Shown here: one piece after another, positions 42,492-50,337 of the stretch
Layout: every line of letters begins with the position of its first letter
Position numbering within the stretch: position 1 is the first letter of the stretch
Assembly: GCA_963828685.1 (NCBI GenBank)
Contig: CAWHFU010000011.1
Coordinates: forward strand, 45,893 to 109,892
Length of the DNA: 64,000 nucleotides
From: an uncultured Pseudomonadota bacterium
GTDB lineage: Bacteria; Pseudomonadota; Gammaproteobacteria; Xanthomonadales; Rhodanobacteraceae
Direction of reading: 5' to 3'
Notes under the pieces: generated by a model
What the model was told of the DNA's origin: nothing
What the model saw: only the letters and a program-made list of their open reading frames with translations
Databases searched by the model: none
Program-made: the position numbers and the translations under genes

Positions 42492-42920
42492 ATGTTCATC
42501 TGGGTCGAACGACCGCTTGCTATCGCCATCCACGAACGCCAGTTGGCCGAACATGGCGGCGGGATCGGCGTGCGCGACGACAACCTGCTGGATTCGGCCC
42601 TCGCTCGCCCGCAGCAGAGTCATGCCTATGGCGACCCGCCGCCGGATCTTGCCGATCTCGCCGCCAGCCTCGCGTTCGGCCTGGCGCGCAACCATCCTTT
42701 CATCGATGGCAACAAGCGCACGGCGCATGTCTGCTACCGCGTCTTCCTCACCCTCAACGGCGCCGACGTCGTTGCCAGCGACGAGGACAAGTACGTCAAC
42801 ATGATCGCCCTCGCCGAAGGCAGCCTGTCGGAAGCCGAGTTTGCCAGCTGGCTGCGCCAGCACATCCGCTTTGATGGCAACAAGCGCGTGAACGAGCCGC
42901 ATGTGCGCTACGCGCGCTGA
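42492..42920 (+). CDS. doc: Death-on-curing (Doc, Fic-fold) toxin
   Basis: Fic/Doc motif HPFIDGNKRTA. The N-terminus AIHERQLAEHGGGIGVRDDNLLDSALARP is typical of Doc. Confidence 0.85.
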   Translation: MFIWVERPLAIAIHERQLAEHGGGIGVRDDNLLDSALARPQQSHAYGDPPPDLADLAASLAFGLARNHPFIDGNKRTAHVCYRVFLTLNGADVVASDEDKYVNMIALAEGSLSEAEFASWLRQHIRFDGNKRVNEPHVRYAR

Positions 42921-43143
42921 AGCTACCATCGCGTATCTGGCCTACTTCAAGGCACTCGACCGCAAGCCCGCCCCTGTGATCCGCGGCCTCAACAGCAACC
43001 AGCGCCTCGCCACCGACGTTCACGCACCGCCGCAGTTCCGCGCCCAGACCGTGCGCAACCTCGACGCCTGGTATCCCGCGTTCAAGGTGAAGCCGGGCGA
43101 GAAGCTGTATCTGGCGCCGAAGGATCGGGTGAAGATCTGGTAA
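42921..43143 (+). pseudogene. Duplicated, internally deleted 3' fragment of the M13 peptidase gene
   Basis: 42921-43143 parallels 41823-42107. The last 95 bp (43048-43142 vs 42012-42106) are identical and the upstream part is diverged. A 63-bp stretch (RFFLAFGQAWRSKMRDAALRQ) is missing. There is no start in context. Confidence 0.8.
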
Positions 43144-43163
43144 GCGATCGGATCATTTGAAGC

Positions 43164-43193
43164 AAAAAGGCCGCATGCAAGTGCGGCCTTTTT
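43164..43193 (+). terminator. Rho-independent terminator after the peptidase remnant
   Basis: aaaaaggccgca-tgcaag-tgcggccttttt. Confidence 0.65.
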
Positions 43194-43503
43194 GCGGTGA
43201 ATTTGACGGGGCGCCAAAGACTATTGTCGGCCAGAACCAGTCATTCTCCCCCAAAAACAAGTTGCCCGATACCGGCCATTGGGGGGGGGCGGTTTTGCGG
43301 TAGAAAAGGCACCAAATTAGCAAGCACGCAGCCAGGTGGCGTCCGGCTATACTCAGGAGGGATAGCCGGACAGGGCTCAGAGAAGCCCTTGGGAACACGT
43401 TCAATTCGGGCGCAGATGAAATCACTCCAAGGCGCAATAGCTCCTTTACCCGCCTGAACTTCCAGAGATGTCCAGACGGGTCCCTCGGTCATATTGAAAC
43501 CCT

Positions 43504-46500
43504 TTACAGCTTCGCTTGCACCGGCACAATCGACCAGTTTGAACCGAACAACTGGCGCTGCCCATCACCGATCGTATCGGTAACCCACACATTGGATGTG
43601 TTGAGGCCATACAGAAGAAGATCATGGTCAGTACTCGTCACTACGAGTGCTGAGCTTCCTGTCCCATAGACATCGGCGATGCTTGCGACGAAATATCCCT
43701 GATATAGAGATAGTGTCGGCGCTGCCGTAATTGAGGCACCGTTTAGAAGCCAACTCGTGACGACGCCAGTAGTGGCGTTGAAAAACACTAAGTCGCTGTA
43801 GCCATCCCCGTTCAGGTCAGATGCGCCAAGCGCTTGTGACCCACTCGGCGCTTGACCGACAGACATCATCGAATATGTGGTATCCGGCAAGGTACGAAGG
43901 ATACTCACAGCTCCAGTAGCGTTCTGAATGCCAAGATCTGCAAGGCCATCGTGATCGAAGTCGCCAACAGCGACGACCCGGGCGCCGGGCGCGAGCGGAC
44001 GTGTAATCGTCTGCAACGTAGTACTTCCCGTCATGAGCCAGATCGTTACAAGGTTGGTCGCGTTGTTCTGAAACACGAGATCATCGAACCCATCGCCATT
44101 GAAATCTGCCGACCCGAAGAACACGCTCCCCGAGGGACCGGCGCCCAACGGCGACTTCACAAAACCACTCTCACCTTCGGCGAACCACACTGCGATGTCG
44201 CCAGCACTATTGGCCCATAGAACGTCCGCGCTGCCATCACCATTGACGTCACCAAATCCTCGGGCCGTATAGCCTGCAGGTGTGGTGTGGAACAGGGAGT
44301 GCTGGATCGTATTTCCTCGCATCAGCCAGCGGCCCATATTGCCGACACCAGGGTTGGTCAACAGGATGTCCGCGTAATGATCACCATTGAGGTCCCCCGC
44401 CACAGAGATCGAGCTGACGTAGCTATCAACGGTAGCGATGGCGTTGACGAGGTTGGTTACGTCTACGCTGCCCAAACCAGTGGCAAAGTCCCAACCTGGC
44501 GTCGCAGGCCACGTCGGCACAGCACTCGTGCTGCTCGATGACAGCAGACCGTACTGGCCGACGCTACCGCCAGCAAAGCAATTAGCGCTGGTCAGGTAAC
44601 ATGGCTGCGTGGTGTCGCCCAATACGATGTCGTGAAAAACACAATCTGTGCCAGACAGGGTGCCGTTGCTGGCGTTACAAGTACTTACGCTTCCGAACCC
44701 CGCCACACCACTGTTATATTCAAGTCGGGCGATTTGATAGTACGCATAGTTGGGGTTGCCTTGACGTGACTCTAGCTTTTGATTGATTAGTGCCTGAATA
44801 CCAGCAAACGCGGGGGTAGAGAAGGAACTTCCACCAGCGGCAAAGATGCTGGGTCCGTCATAGTCGCAGGCCGTGCCAAGCATCGACGGATCGGTTGCGC
44901 AGTACACGAGCGCGTGCTGCCACCAGTCGGGGGTTGCCCCGAACAATGCGACATCGGGAATTCCACGCTTCTGGTCATTGGGGTTGCCAAGTACCCCGGC
45001 CTGCCAAGCAGGTTTCTGCGTATAAAAGCTAGCCCCTCCGCCTCCGCCGATAGCACGCCCTGCGTTGAAACCGCTATTACAGAACGACTGCATGCTGCTG
45101 AAGCCGATGCCGTACTTCGCATACACAGCTTGGCTAGCGCAGCTCGAGTTCCAAGTCATCTCAGGAATGTAGGACAGTGCCGATTTGTAAAGCTCGGCAG
45201 ACGTGCTGCGGTGTGAAAGATCCCAATATTGTGAAGTTGTTCCACTGTACGCATCAGAAAAGTCAGTCGCGCCCACAGCTACGGCATATGGCGTCGCAGC
45301 CCATGCGTTGACATCGATTCCGTTCGCGATCCATTGTGCGTATGGCTCGCAAAAGCCAGGGCCCGCATCACCAGCAGAAACAAACACCGACGTGCCTTGC
45401 GCAGCAGCTTGTTGCAGTAAGTCCTGAATGTAATCCCGAGTCGCTTGGTCCAACGTGCGCTCGCACGAACCATAGCTCCACGAGATAATAGGGGGCGGGG
45501 TGGAGCTGTCTATCAGGTTCTCCAGTGCAGTAATTGCACCACTCGAATATGTGCTGTCGGGGCAGGATGCAAGCTGCACGTCAGCGTCTGGCGCCGCCGC
45601 CGCCGCCCACTGAACGTCAACAGATGCCTCTCCTATCCCGTTAGCGTCCAACCCGGGATCAGCGCAACCAGGATGTATGATGTTAAGGGGCACGACCGGT
45701 AGCCCGAAGGAAGTTCGAAACTTTAGCCAGTCGTCAGCGCGCACATTTGAGGCAGCTGGAATCGCAATGGTTTGGCCTGCGCCCGTTATGCCCTGGGCCC
45801 AGGTGGGCCGAACATTGTAGATAGTGGCGAAATCCTGGGGGGTGACGATCAGGTAGTTGCCTCCCGTTCCGTCAGGCAGTGTCATCTGAGGGAGGATGTT
45901 GCCTGGGGCCGCACTCCGCTTGACAGTGACACCGGTCGCCATCCCGCCGAAATTGCTCTGGGAGAGCGGGATCGCCAAGACTACCCCGCCAACTACATCC
46001 TGCAATGCCGCTGGAATGCTGGCCTCGCCAACGATACCTGGAAAGGTAGTGGATCCCGCGGTGAACGTATGTACCTGGGCGCCGAACGTACTCTCGATCG
46101 CGTCCACGTTACCCGAGAAGGTGATGCTGGTTCGACTCTTCGCGATGCGACCAATCCGGAAACCTCGCGATGTCATCCATTGAGCCACCTTCGTCACGTC
46201 TGCCTGACTTGGGCCGTAGAGGTCACCAACTTGAGACGCTGTTAGCCAATGCCTGCGATCAGGGGATCGCGGATTCTGTTGCTGCGCAATTAACAGATCC
46301 AGCTCTTGGCGTTGATCTGGCGTCCTCTTAAGTTGGAGGATCATTTTATTGAGGTGTTGATCACGTTGCATGCGACCGCGATCGTGTGAGGACGCTGCAA
46401 GAGGGTTAGTTGAACCGAGTAAGTGGGCTCGTTCGCCGTTTTGGATCGGTCGCGTTATGAGCGTTGGCGATTCGCTGGTTGACTGCATGCCTGCTGCTGT

Positions 46501-46563
46501 GACATCAGTGCAAGCCAACGAAGCAAGTAAACAGAGGCCTAGTATTCCCTTCCTGATTGACAT
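43504..46563 (-). CDS. Secreted S53 (sedolisin/kumamolisin) peptidase fused to a C-terminal FG-GAP/VCBS beta-propeller
   Basis: AGGAGG lies 5 nt upstream of the ATG at 46563. Signal peptide MSIRKGILGLCLLASLA. Pro-kumamolisin activation domain (LTASQVGDLYGPSQADVTKVAQWMTSRGF). Catalytic motifs GEASVDVQWAAAAAP and AAGGSSFSTPAFAG. Then at least 6 repeats of the type GDLNGDHYADILL / GDVNGDGSADVLW / ADFNGDGFDDLVF. Confidence 0.8.
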   Translation of the reverse strand: MSIRKGILGLCLLASLACTDVTAAGMQSTSESPTLITRPIQNGERAHLLGSTNPLAASSHDRGRMQRDQHLNKMILQLKRTPDQRQELDLLIAQQQNPRSPDRRHWLTASQVGDLYGPSQADVTKVAQWMTSRGFRIGRIAKSRTSITFSGNVDAIESTFGAQVHTFTAGSTTFPGIVGEASIPAALQDVVGGVVLAIPLSQSNFGGMATGVTVKRSAAPGNILPQMTLPDGTGGNYLIVTPQDFATIYNVRPTWAQGITGAGQTIAIPAASNVRADDWLKFRTSFGLPVVPLNIIHPGCADPGLDANGIGEASVDVQWAAAAAPDADVQLASCPDSTYSSGAITALENLIDSSTPPPIISWSYGSCERTLDQATRDYIQDLLQQAAAQGTSVFVSAGDAGPGFCEPYAQWIANGIDVNAWAATPYAVAVGATDFSDAYSGTTSQYWDLSHRSTSAELYKSALSYIPEMTWNSSCASQAVYAKYGIGFSSMQSFCNSGFNAGRAIGGGGGASFYTQKPAWQAGVLGNPNDQKRGIPDVALFGATPDWWQHALVYCATDPSMLGTACDYDGPSIFAAGGSSFSTPAFAGIQALINQKLESRQGNPNYAYYQIARLEYNSGVAGFGSVSTCNASNGTLSGTDCVFHDIVLGDTTQPCYLTSANCFAGGSVGQYGLLSSSSTSAVPTWPATPGWDFATGLGSVDVTNLVNAIATVDSYVSSISVAGDLNGDHYADILLTNPGVGNMGRWLMRGNTIQHSLFHTTPAGYTARGFGDVNGDGSADVLWANSAGDIAVWFAEGESGFVKSPLGAGPSGSVFFGSADFNGDGFDDLVFQNNATNLVTIWLMTGSTTLQTITRPLAPGARVVAVGDFDHDGLADLGIQNATGAVSILRTLPDTTYSMMSVGQAPSGSQALGASDLNGDGYSDLVFFNATTGVVTSWLLNGASITAAPTLSLYQGYFVASIADVYGTGSSALVVTSTDHDLLLYGLNTSNVWVTDTIGDGQRQLFGSNWSIVPVQAKL

Positions 46564-46651
46564 GACTCCTCCTTTTATGAGGCCGTTCGACGAGAGTGAA
46601 TTCTCGGCGCCGGACGGTCGTAAAAATCTGGGGTTACAATGCCGAAGATGA

Positions 46652-47098
46652 CTAATGGCCGAGCAGCGTCGTTGGGTCCGGCGGGATGACGCCGTCGTGG
46701 ACCAGTCGCTGACACGCTTTGACGTAAGCACGTTGTGCTTCGTCTGGCGACATAGCAGGGTGACTGTAGACCTCGTGAATGAGTTGCCGTGCGCGTGCTT
46801 TGTCGGCGACGGTTGTCACACCTGTGATCATTTGGGGGCGATTGGTGTAGCGCGACTCAGGAACGCCACGATCACGGGCACGCGCGATATCACGGTAAAC
46901 CAAGCCGCCGCCCTGGCATGGCGGTAGCACAGGCACCAGAATATCGCTTCGCTGCGCCGTGACTACAGTGGGTACAAGCGAGCCCAATAGCGCAAGAACT
47001 GCGCCAGCCAGCAGGCATATCGATCCACGATATGTAGGGGCCGCGTAGGGAGGGAGCCTAGGCGATGTCTGCCGCTGTCCTTGTTGCTTTGCGTCCAT
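46652..47098 (-). CDS. Hypothetical membrane-anchored/secreted protein upstream of the S53-FG-GAP gene
   Basis: One hydrophobic segment, ICLLAGAVLALLGSLVPTVV. Same strand, 88 bp upstream of the peptidase start. No family recognised. Confidence 0.4.
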   Translation of the reverse strand: MDAKQQGQRQTSPRLPPYAAPTYRGSICLLAGAVLALLGSLVPTVVTAQRSDILVPVLPPCQGGGLVYRDIARARDRGVPESRYTNRPQMITGVTTVADKARARQLIHEVYSHPAMSPDEAQRAYVKACQRLVHDGVIPPDPTTLLGH

Positions 47099-47357
47099 GC
47101 GCTCGTCTCCGACTTATGCTTGTCGCAAGCCTTTACGCATTTAGTATGGGCTATTAGGACCTGTCAAGTGCCTGAGGCATACCAGTCCGAATATATGTGA
47201 ATTTCGTCAAACATCTAGAGTTCCTAAATACCCGAAGAGATAGCCACGCAGTTCGCAAAGCATTCGTATCCGTCAACGCATGATGCCGGCACCGCGCGGT
47301 TTCTGGATGCTCTTTCCACAAACGCTCCAATGCTGACCCCGTCTCCGTCTGCAGTTG

Positions 47358-47735
47358 CTAGTGAAGTGCTCTTGGCATCGAGCCAAGATCGCCATCGGTT
47401 GGAATGTCCATGCCCTCGAGAACGCGTTGGCACGGTGCTCGATCCGCATTAAAGTCGTAGAAGATGCATGGTCTGTTGATGTCCGCAAGATACGTGCGCA
47501 AACCTTTGATCATGGCAGCGTAGCTCATCGCGCTATGGCCGCGCTGCCAGCAGCGGATACACAACTGTAGCCACAGTACCAGGGGGCGTGTGGGCAGACG
47601 ACAAGAAGCGCAGCCACCGCATCGGGGCCGCTCCGGCAGCCACTGTTTTGCCGTCACGCTCGGAAAATTGGCTTCCCAAAAGCGGTCGCTCGCGACCGGC
47701 TCAAATGGGTCGAAAGAGGACATGAGTTCCTGCAC
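47358..47735 (-). CDS. Hypothetical Cys-rich protein (weak call)
   Basis: 125-aa ORF 11 bp downstream of the 47747..48298 gene on the same strand. Contains CGGCASC...CIRC. Coding status is unverified. Confidence 0.3.
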   Translation of the reverse strand: MQELMSSFDPFEPVASDRFWEANFPSVTAKQWLPERPRCGGCASCRLPTRPLVLWLQLCIRCWQRGHSAMSYAAMIKGLRTYLADINRPCIFYDFNADRAPCQRVLEGMDIPTDGDLGSMPRALH

Positions 47736-47746
47736 CAGTTTCGTGT

Positions 47747-48298
47747 CTAGTCCCTCGCCCAGTCGGGCGGATCATTGCAATATTGCCGAACCAGCGACTT
47801 GATTTTTACCTTCGCCGCCTCGGTTCCTGCCTGTTTGCCGAATCGTGCATCGAGCGCGTTAAACCCGATCACCAAACCCGGCATGATGAGTCGGTAGATT
47901 TCATCTTTCGGATAACTAGGGCTTCGGTAGAGGCCGGCGAAAAACATAACGTCTCCACCGGGTTGTCCCGTCTGTCGGAAGGCCAGCTCAATCGCAGTGA
48001 AGAACAGACTGGGTTTGATGCCAATTTCAACGGCTATCTTCTTTCCAGCGCATCGGCAGTCTCGCCAGTTTTGAAAACGAGCTGACGAAAAAATCCACGC
48101 GATGAAGTTGCCCACAAGCCAAGCGAGCGGCCCGCGCCTTAGACCAATCAATACGCATGACAGGACGAGCATTCCGAAAAGCGCAGCCCACCACCAAGTG
48201 GGCTTGAAGCGCACTCGATATAGGGACCGGGCTACAAGAGCCACCGTCCCGGTGAACCACACGACGATCCAGATCATTGTGAAGATATGTCTATCCAT
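47747..48298 (-). CDS. Hypothetical membrane protein (3 N-terminal TM helices plus a soluble domain of about 100 aa)
   Basis: IFTMIWIVVWFTGTVALVA, WWWAALFGMLVLSCVLIGL and LAWLVGNFIAWIFSSA. No family recognised. Confidence 0.45.
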   Translation of the reverse strand: MDRHIFTMIWIVVWFTGTVALVARSLYRVRFKPTWWWAALFGMLVLSCVLIGLRRGPLAWLVGNFIAWIFSSARFQNWRDCRCAGKKIAVEIGIKPSLFFTAIELAFRQTGQPGGDVMFFAGLYRSPSYPKDEIYRLIMPGLVIGFNALDARFGKQAGTEAAKVKIKSLVRQYCNDPPDWARD

Positions 48299-48699
48299 TA
48301 CACGAGTTCAACTTCATTGTTCCGTCCCTCATAGATTTTCACTGTATCTGCCTCCTTGCTGAAATGTCAGTGTCCGCTGCGGGTCGACCTCTGCCCGCCG
48401 AGATTGCCCGCGCATCATCGAGCGCGCAAGAGCCGTTATCGGCTGCCCGCTTGTCAAAGACGTGGTCTCGCCACGGTTAATGGTCACCACCCGCTTGGCG
48501 GGTGGCCATGTCCGAAAACGGTGTTCCATCGGGCTGGAACCCGCAGCGCACCCTGCCCGCTTGGGTTGAAGCAATTGTTCCCAGCCGACGAGGGCCTCGG
48601 GGGAAAGTCCATCAGGGGTCGATGTTGCCCAGTCTCGGGATCCGCCATGCGCCGATCCGTGCTCCGAGCTGCAACGCCCGGGCAAATAGCTTGGCGTGT

Positions 48700-49080
48700 C
48701 GGGAAATTTTCCCGGTGGGCGGGCGGCAGCACTCGGGGCGCGGAGAAAATAACCGCGACGGCCGGGAAATTTTCTCGGGCCGCCGGTCGAAAGCACTCGG
48801 CACGCGAGGAAAATAACTGCGACGGTCAGGAAATTTGCTCGGCGGCCCGAGAAAAAAGCTCGGCGCGTGGGGCTCGCCTACTCGGCGAGTCGAGCAAAAA
48901 GCTCGGGTGGCCGAGCCATTTGCTCGGGGCGCCGAGTGATTCGATCGGGATGCCGGGAAGAAAGCTCGGGCGGCCGAGCGAAAAGTGTGGCGGGTCGGGT
49001 TCGCTGAGTGGCGGGTCGGGCGGCGAGCTCGGGCGTTGCGGTTCGCCGGGCCGCGCGCCGGGTTCCGGCGGCGGGAGCTG
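48700..49080. repeat. Degenerate tandem array: 63-64-bp units (48700, 48763, 48827) grading into 21-22-bp A-run + GCTCGG-N4-CCGAG(C) hairpin repeats
   Basis: The units start cgggaaattttcccgg / cgggaaattttctcgg / caggaaatttgctcgg. Later copies are aaaaaagctcgg, caaaaagctcgggtggccgagc, catttgctcggggcgccgag and gaaagctcgggcggccgagc. Confidence 0.6.
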
Positions 49081-49161
49081 CACGAAAATGCCCGGTGCAT
49101 GAGGCTGTTCGTCTCAGGCACCGGGCTGCGGGGTCGACCGCTCAGGTATGGCGCCCGATCA

Positions 49162-49614
49162 TCAGGCGGTGGCGGGGGGCGCTTCGGATGAAGCGTGGGC
49201 GGCGCCGCGGGCGAAGCGGGCGCCGAGTTCGCGGCGCAGGTCGGCCAGGCCCTGGTTCTTGCCGCTGACCCGCAGCAGGCCGTAACCCTCCAGCGCGAAG
49301 CTCATCAGGTCGCTGCCCAGCGCGGTCGAGGTGTCCTGGGCGCGCTCGCTGAGCCGGGCCAGCCGCAGCAGGAACGTGCCGATCTGGTCGTACGCGGCCA
49401 GATCCGCCTGCGCCTCGTCCACGTCGAGGCTGGGCGGCACCACTTGCGGGTTCTGCTGCAGCAGCTTCAGCGTCTGCCGGCAGAACACCTCGGACTTGTC
49501 GCCCATCTTGATCAGCGCCCGGCGCTGCGCCGGTTGCAGCGCGATCAGCCCGCTCATGTTCTGCTCCAGCGTCGCCAGCGCACCCTCGATGGCGGTGAGC
49601 TGGTCGGCCGTCAA
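49162..49614 (-). CDS. Hypothetical helical protein (TTG start or N-terminally truncated)
   Basis: 150-aa ORF in a high-G+C patch with GC-rich third codon positions. No ATG at the ORF head. No family recognised. Confidence 0.4.
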   Translation of the reverse strand: MTADQLTAIEGALATLEQNMSGLIALQPAQRRALIKMGDKSEVFCRQTLKLLQQNPQVVPPSLDVDEAQADLAAYDQIGTFLLRLARLSERAQDTSTALGSDLMSFALEGYGLLRVSGKNQGLADLRRELGARFARGAAHASSEAPPATA

Positions 49615-49729
49615 GGCCAGTCCAAGAGGAGCGCTTCATTGGCTCCGCGATCGGCAGCTATGGGGCCGGACACTAGCTGAGAAGATCGTCCGCGAAGCAG
49701 TCCAACTCAAATGATGAGCCAGGCGCAAG

Positions 49730-50203
49730 TCACTTGGCAGGGCACTCAACCCGATTGTCTTGCACTGCAATGATCTGCCACCGCCCTTTGCGCCGGAGCC
49801 ACATGTCGCTCCACACCAGACAGCGCCGTTCGTGCTTGGCATCCGGTAGAGCAACTGTCTTTGATTCTGCTCCGTAAACAACCGCAGCATCAGGAGAGAA
49901 GAATCGTACGTCTGCCTGATCCAGGCGGCAATCGGTTGACCATTGAGTTTTGGGGTCGTACGTCGGTGCACTTTTTGGCTTGCCATAACGTATCCCTTTA
50001 GGGGCTGTCCCCTGAAAATCGTCCGCAAGGATCTCCGTGGCAACCCATTTCCCTCCGCAAGCCATGTTTGCCCAAGCTCTTTCTTTTTCGATCATCCACT
50101 TGGCAGTTGCGCCATCATTGGCCGGAATGTCGACGGCCAGAGCTCGCCCGGCGAATACCGCGGCAACGGCGGCCACGCAAAACAGGATTGTATAGCTGCG
50201 CAT
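49730..50203 (-). CDS. Secreted SnoaL-like / DUF4440 (NTF2-fold) protein
   Basis: Signal peptide MRSYTILFCVAAVAAVFAGRALA. The C-terminal pattern LVWSDMWLRRKGRWQIIAVQD is typical of the NTF2-like fold. Confidence 0.5.
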   Translation of the reverse strand: MRSYTILFCVAAVAAVFAGRALAVDIPANDGATAKWMIEKERAWANMACGGKWVATEILADDFQGTAPKGIRYGKPKSAPTYDPKTQWSTDCRLDQADVRFFSPDAAVVYGAESKTVALPDAKHERRCLVWSDMWLRRKGRWQIIAVQDNRVECPAK

Positions 50204-50337
50204 TGTTTCCCCTTGATCAGACTTGGCGCTGGCGTTGGACGACGTGGAACCGCCCCATTGATTATTTCTGCTTTGGGCCTGAAGCAGCCGACTGACTCAA
50301 CGAGACTCAGCCGACCAGGCGGCCGCGTCGGCGGCAT

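Noticed and set aside
43200-43500. tRNA or att site at the island's left edge.
   Set aside because: I could not find a cloverleaf-compatible stem set or a T-loop GTTCGAATC-like motif by eye. A tRNA scan would be needed to exclude it formally.
48598-48612. GGGAAAGTCC resembling the conserved RNase P RNA GGAAAGUCC motif.
   Set aside because: It is an isolated 9-mer. The flanking sequence does not continue the P4/J-region consensus (GGGCU...). An essential RNA gene inside an acquired island is implausible.
48700-49080. CRISPR array interpretation of the repeat region.
   Set aside because: The repeats are degenerate rather than identical. The period (21-22 bp, higher order 63 bp) leaves no spacer-sized unique segments. 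No cas genes or leader are present.
48356-49102. 248-aa plus-strand ORF, and the overlapping minus-strand ORFs, across the repeat array as protein-coding genes.
   Set aside because: The translations are low-complexity Gly/Arg/Ser/Lys strings whose periodicity simply mirrors the 21-bp DNA repeat. There is no RBS or start context, and multiple frames are open at once.
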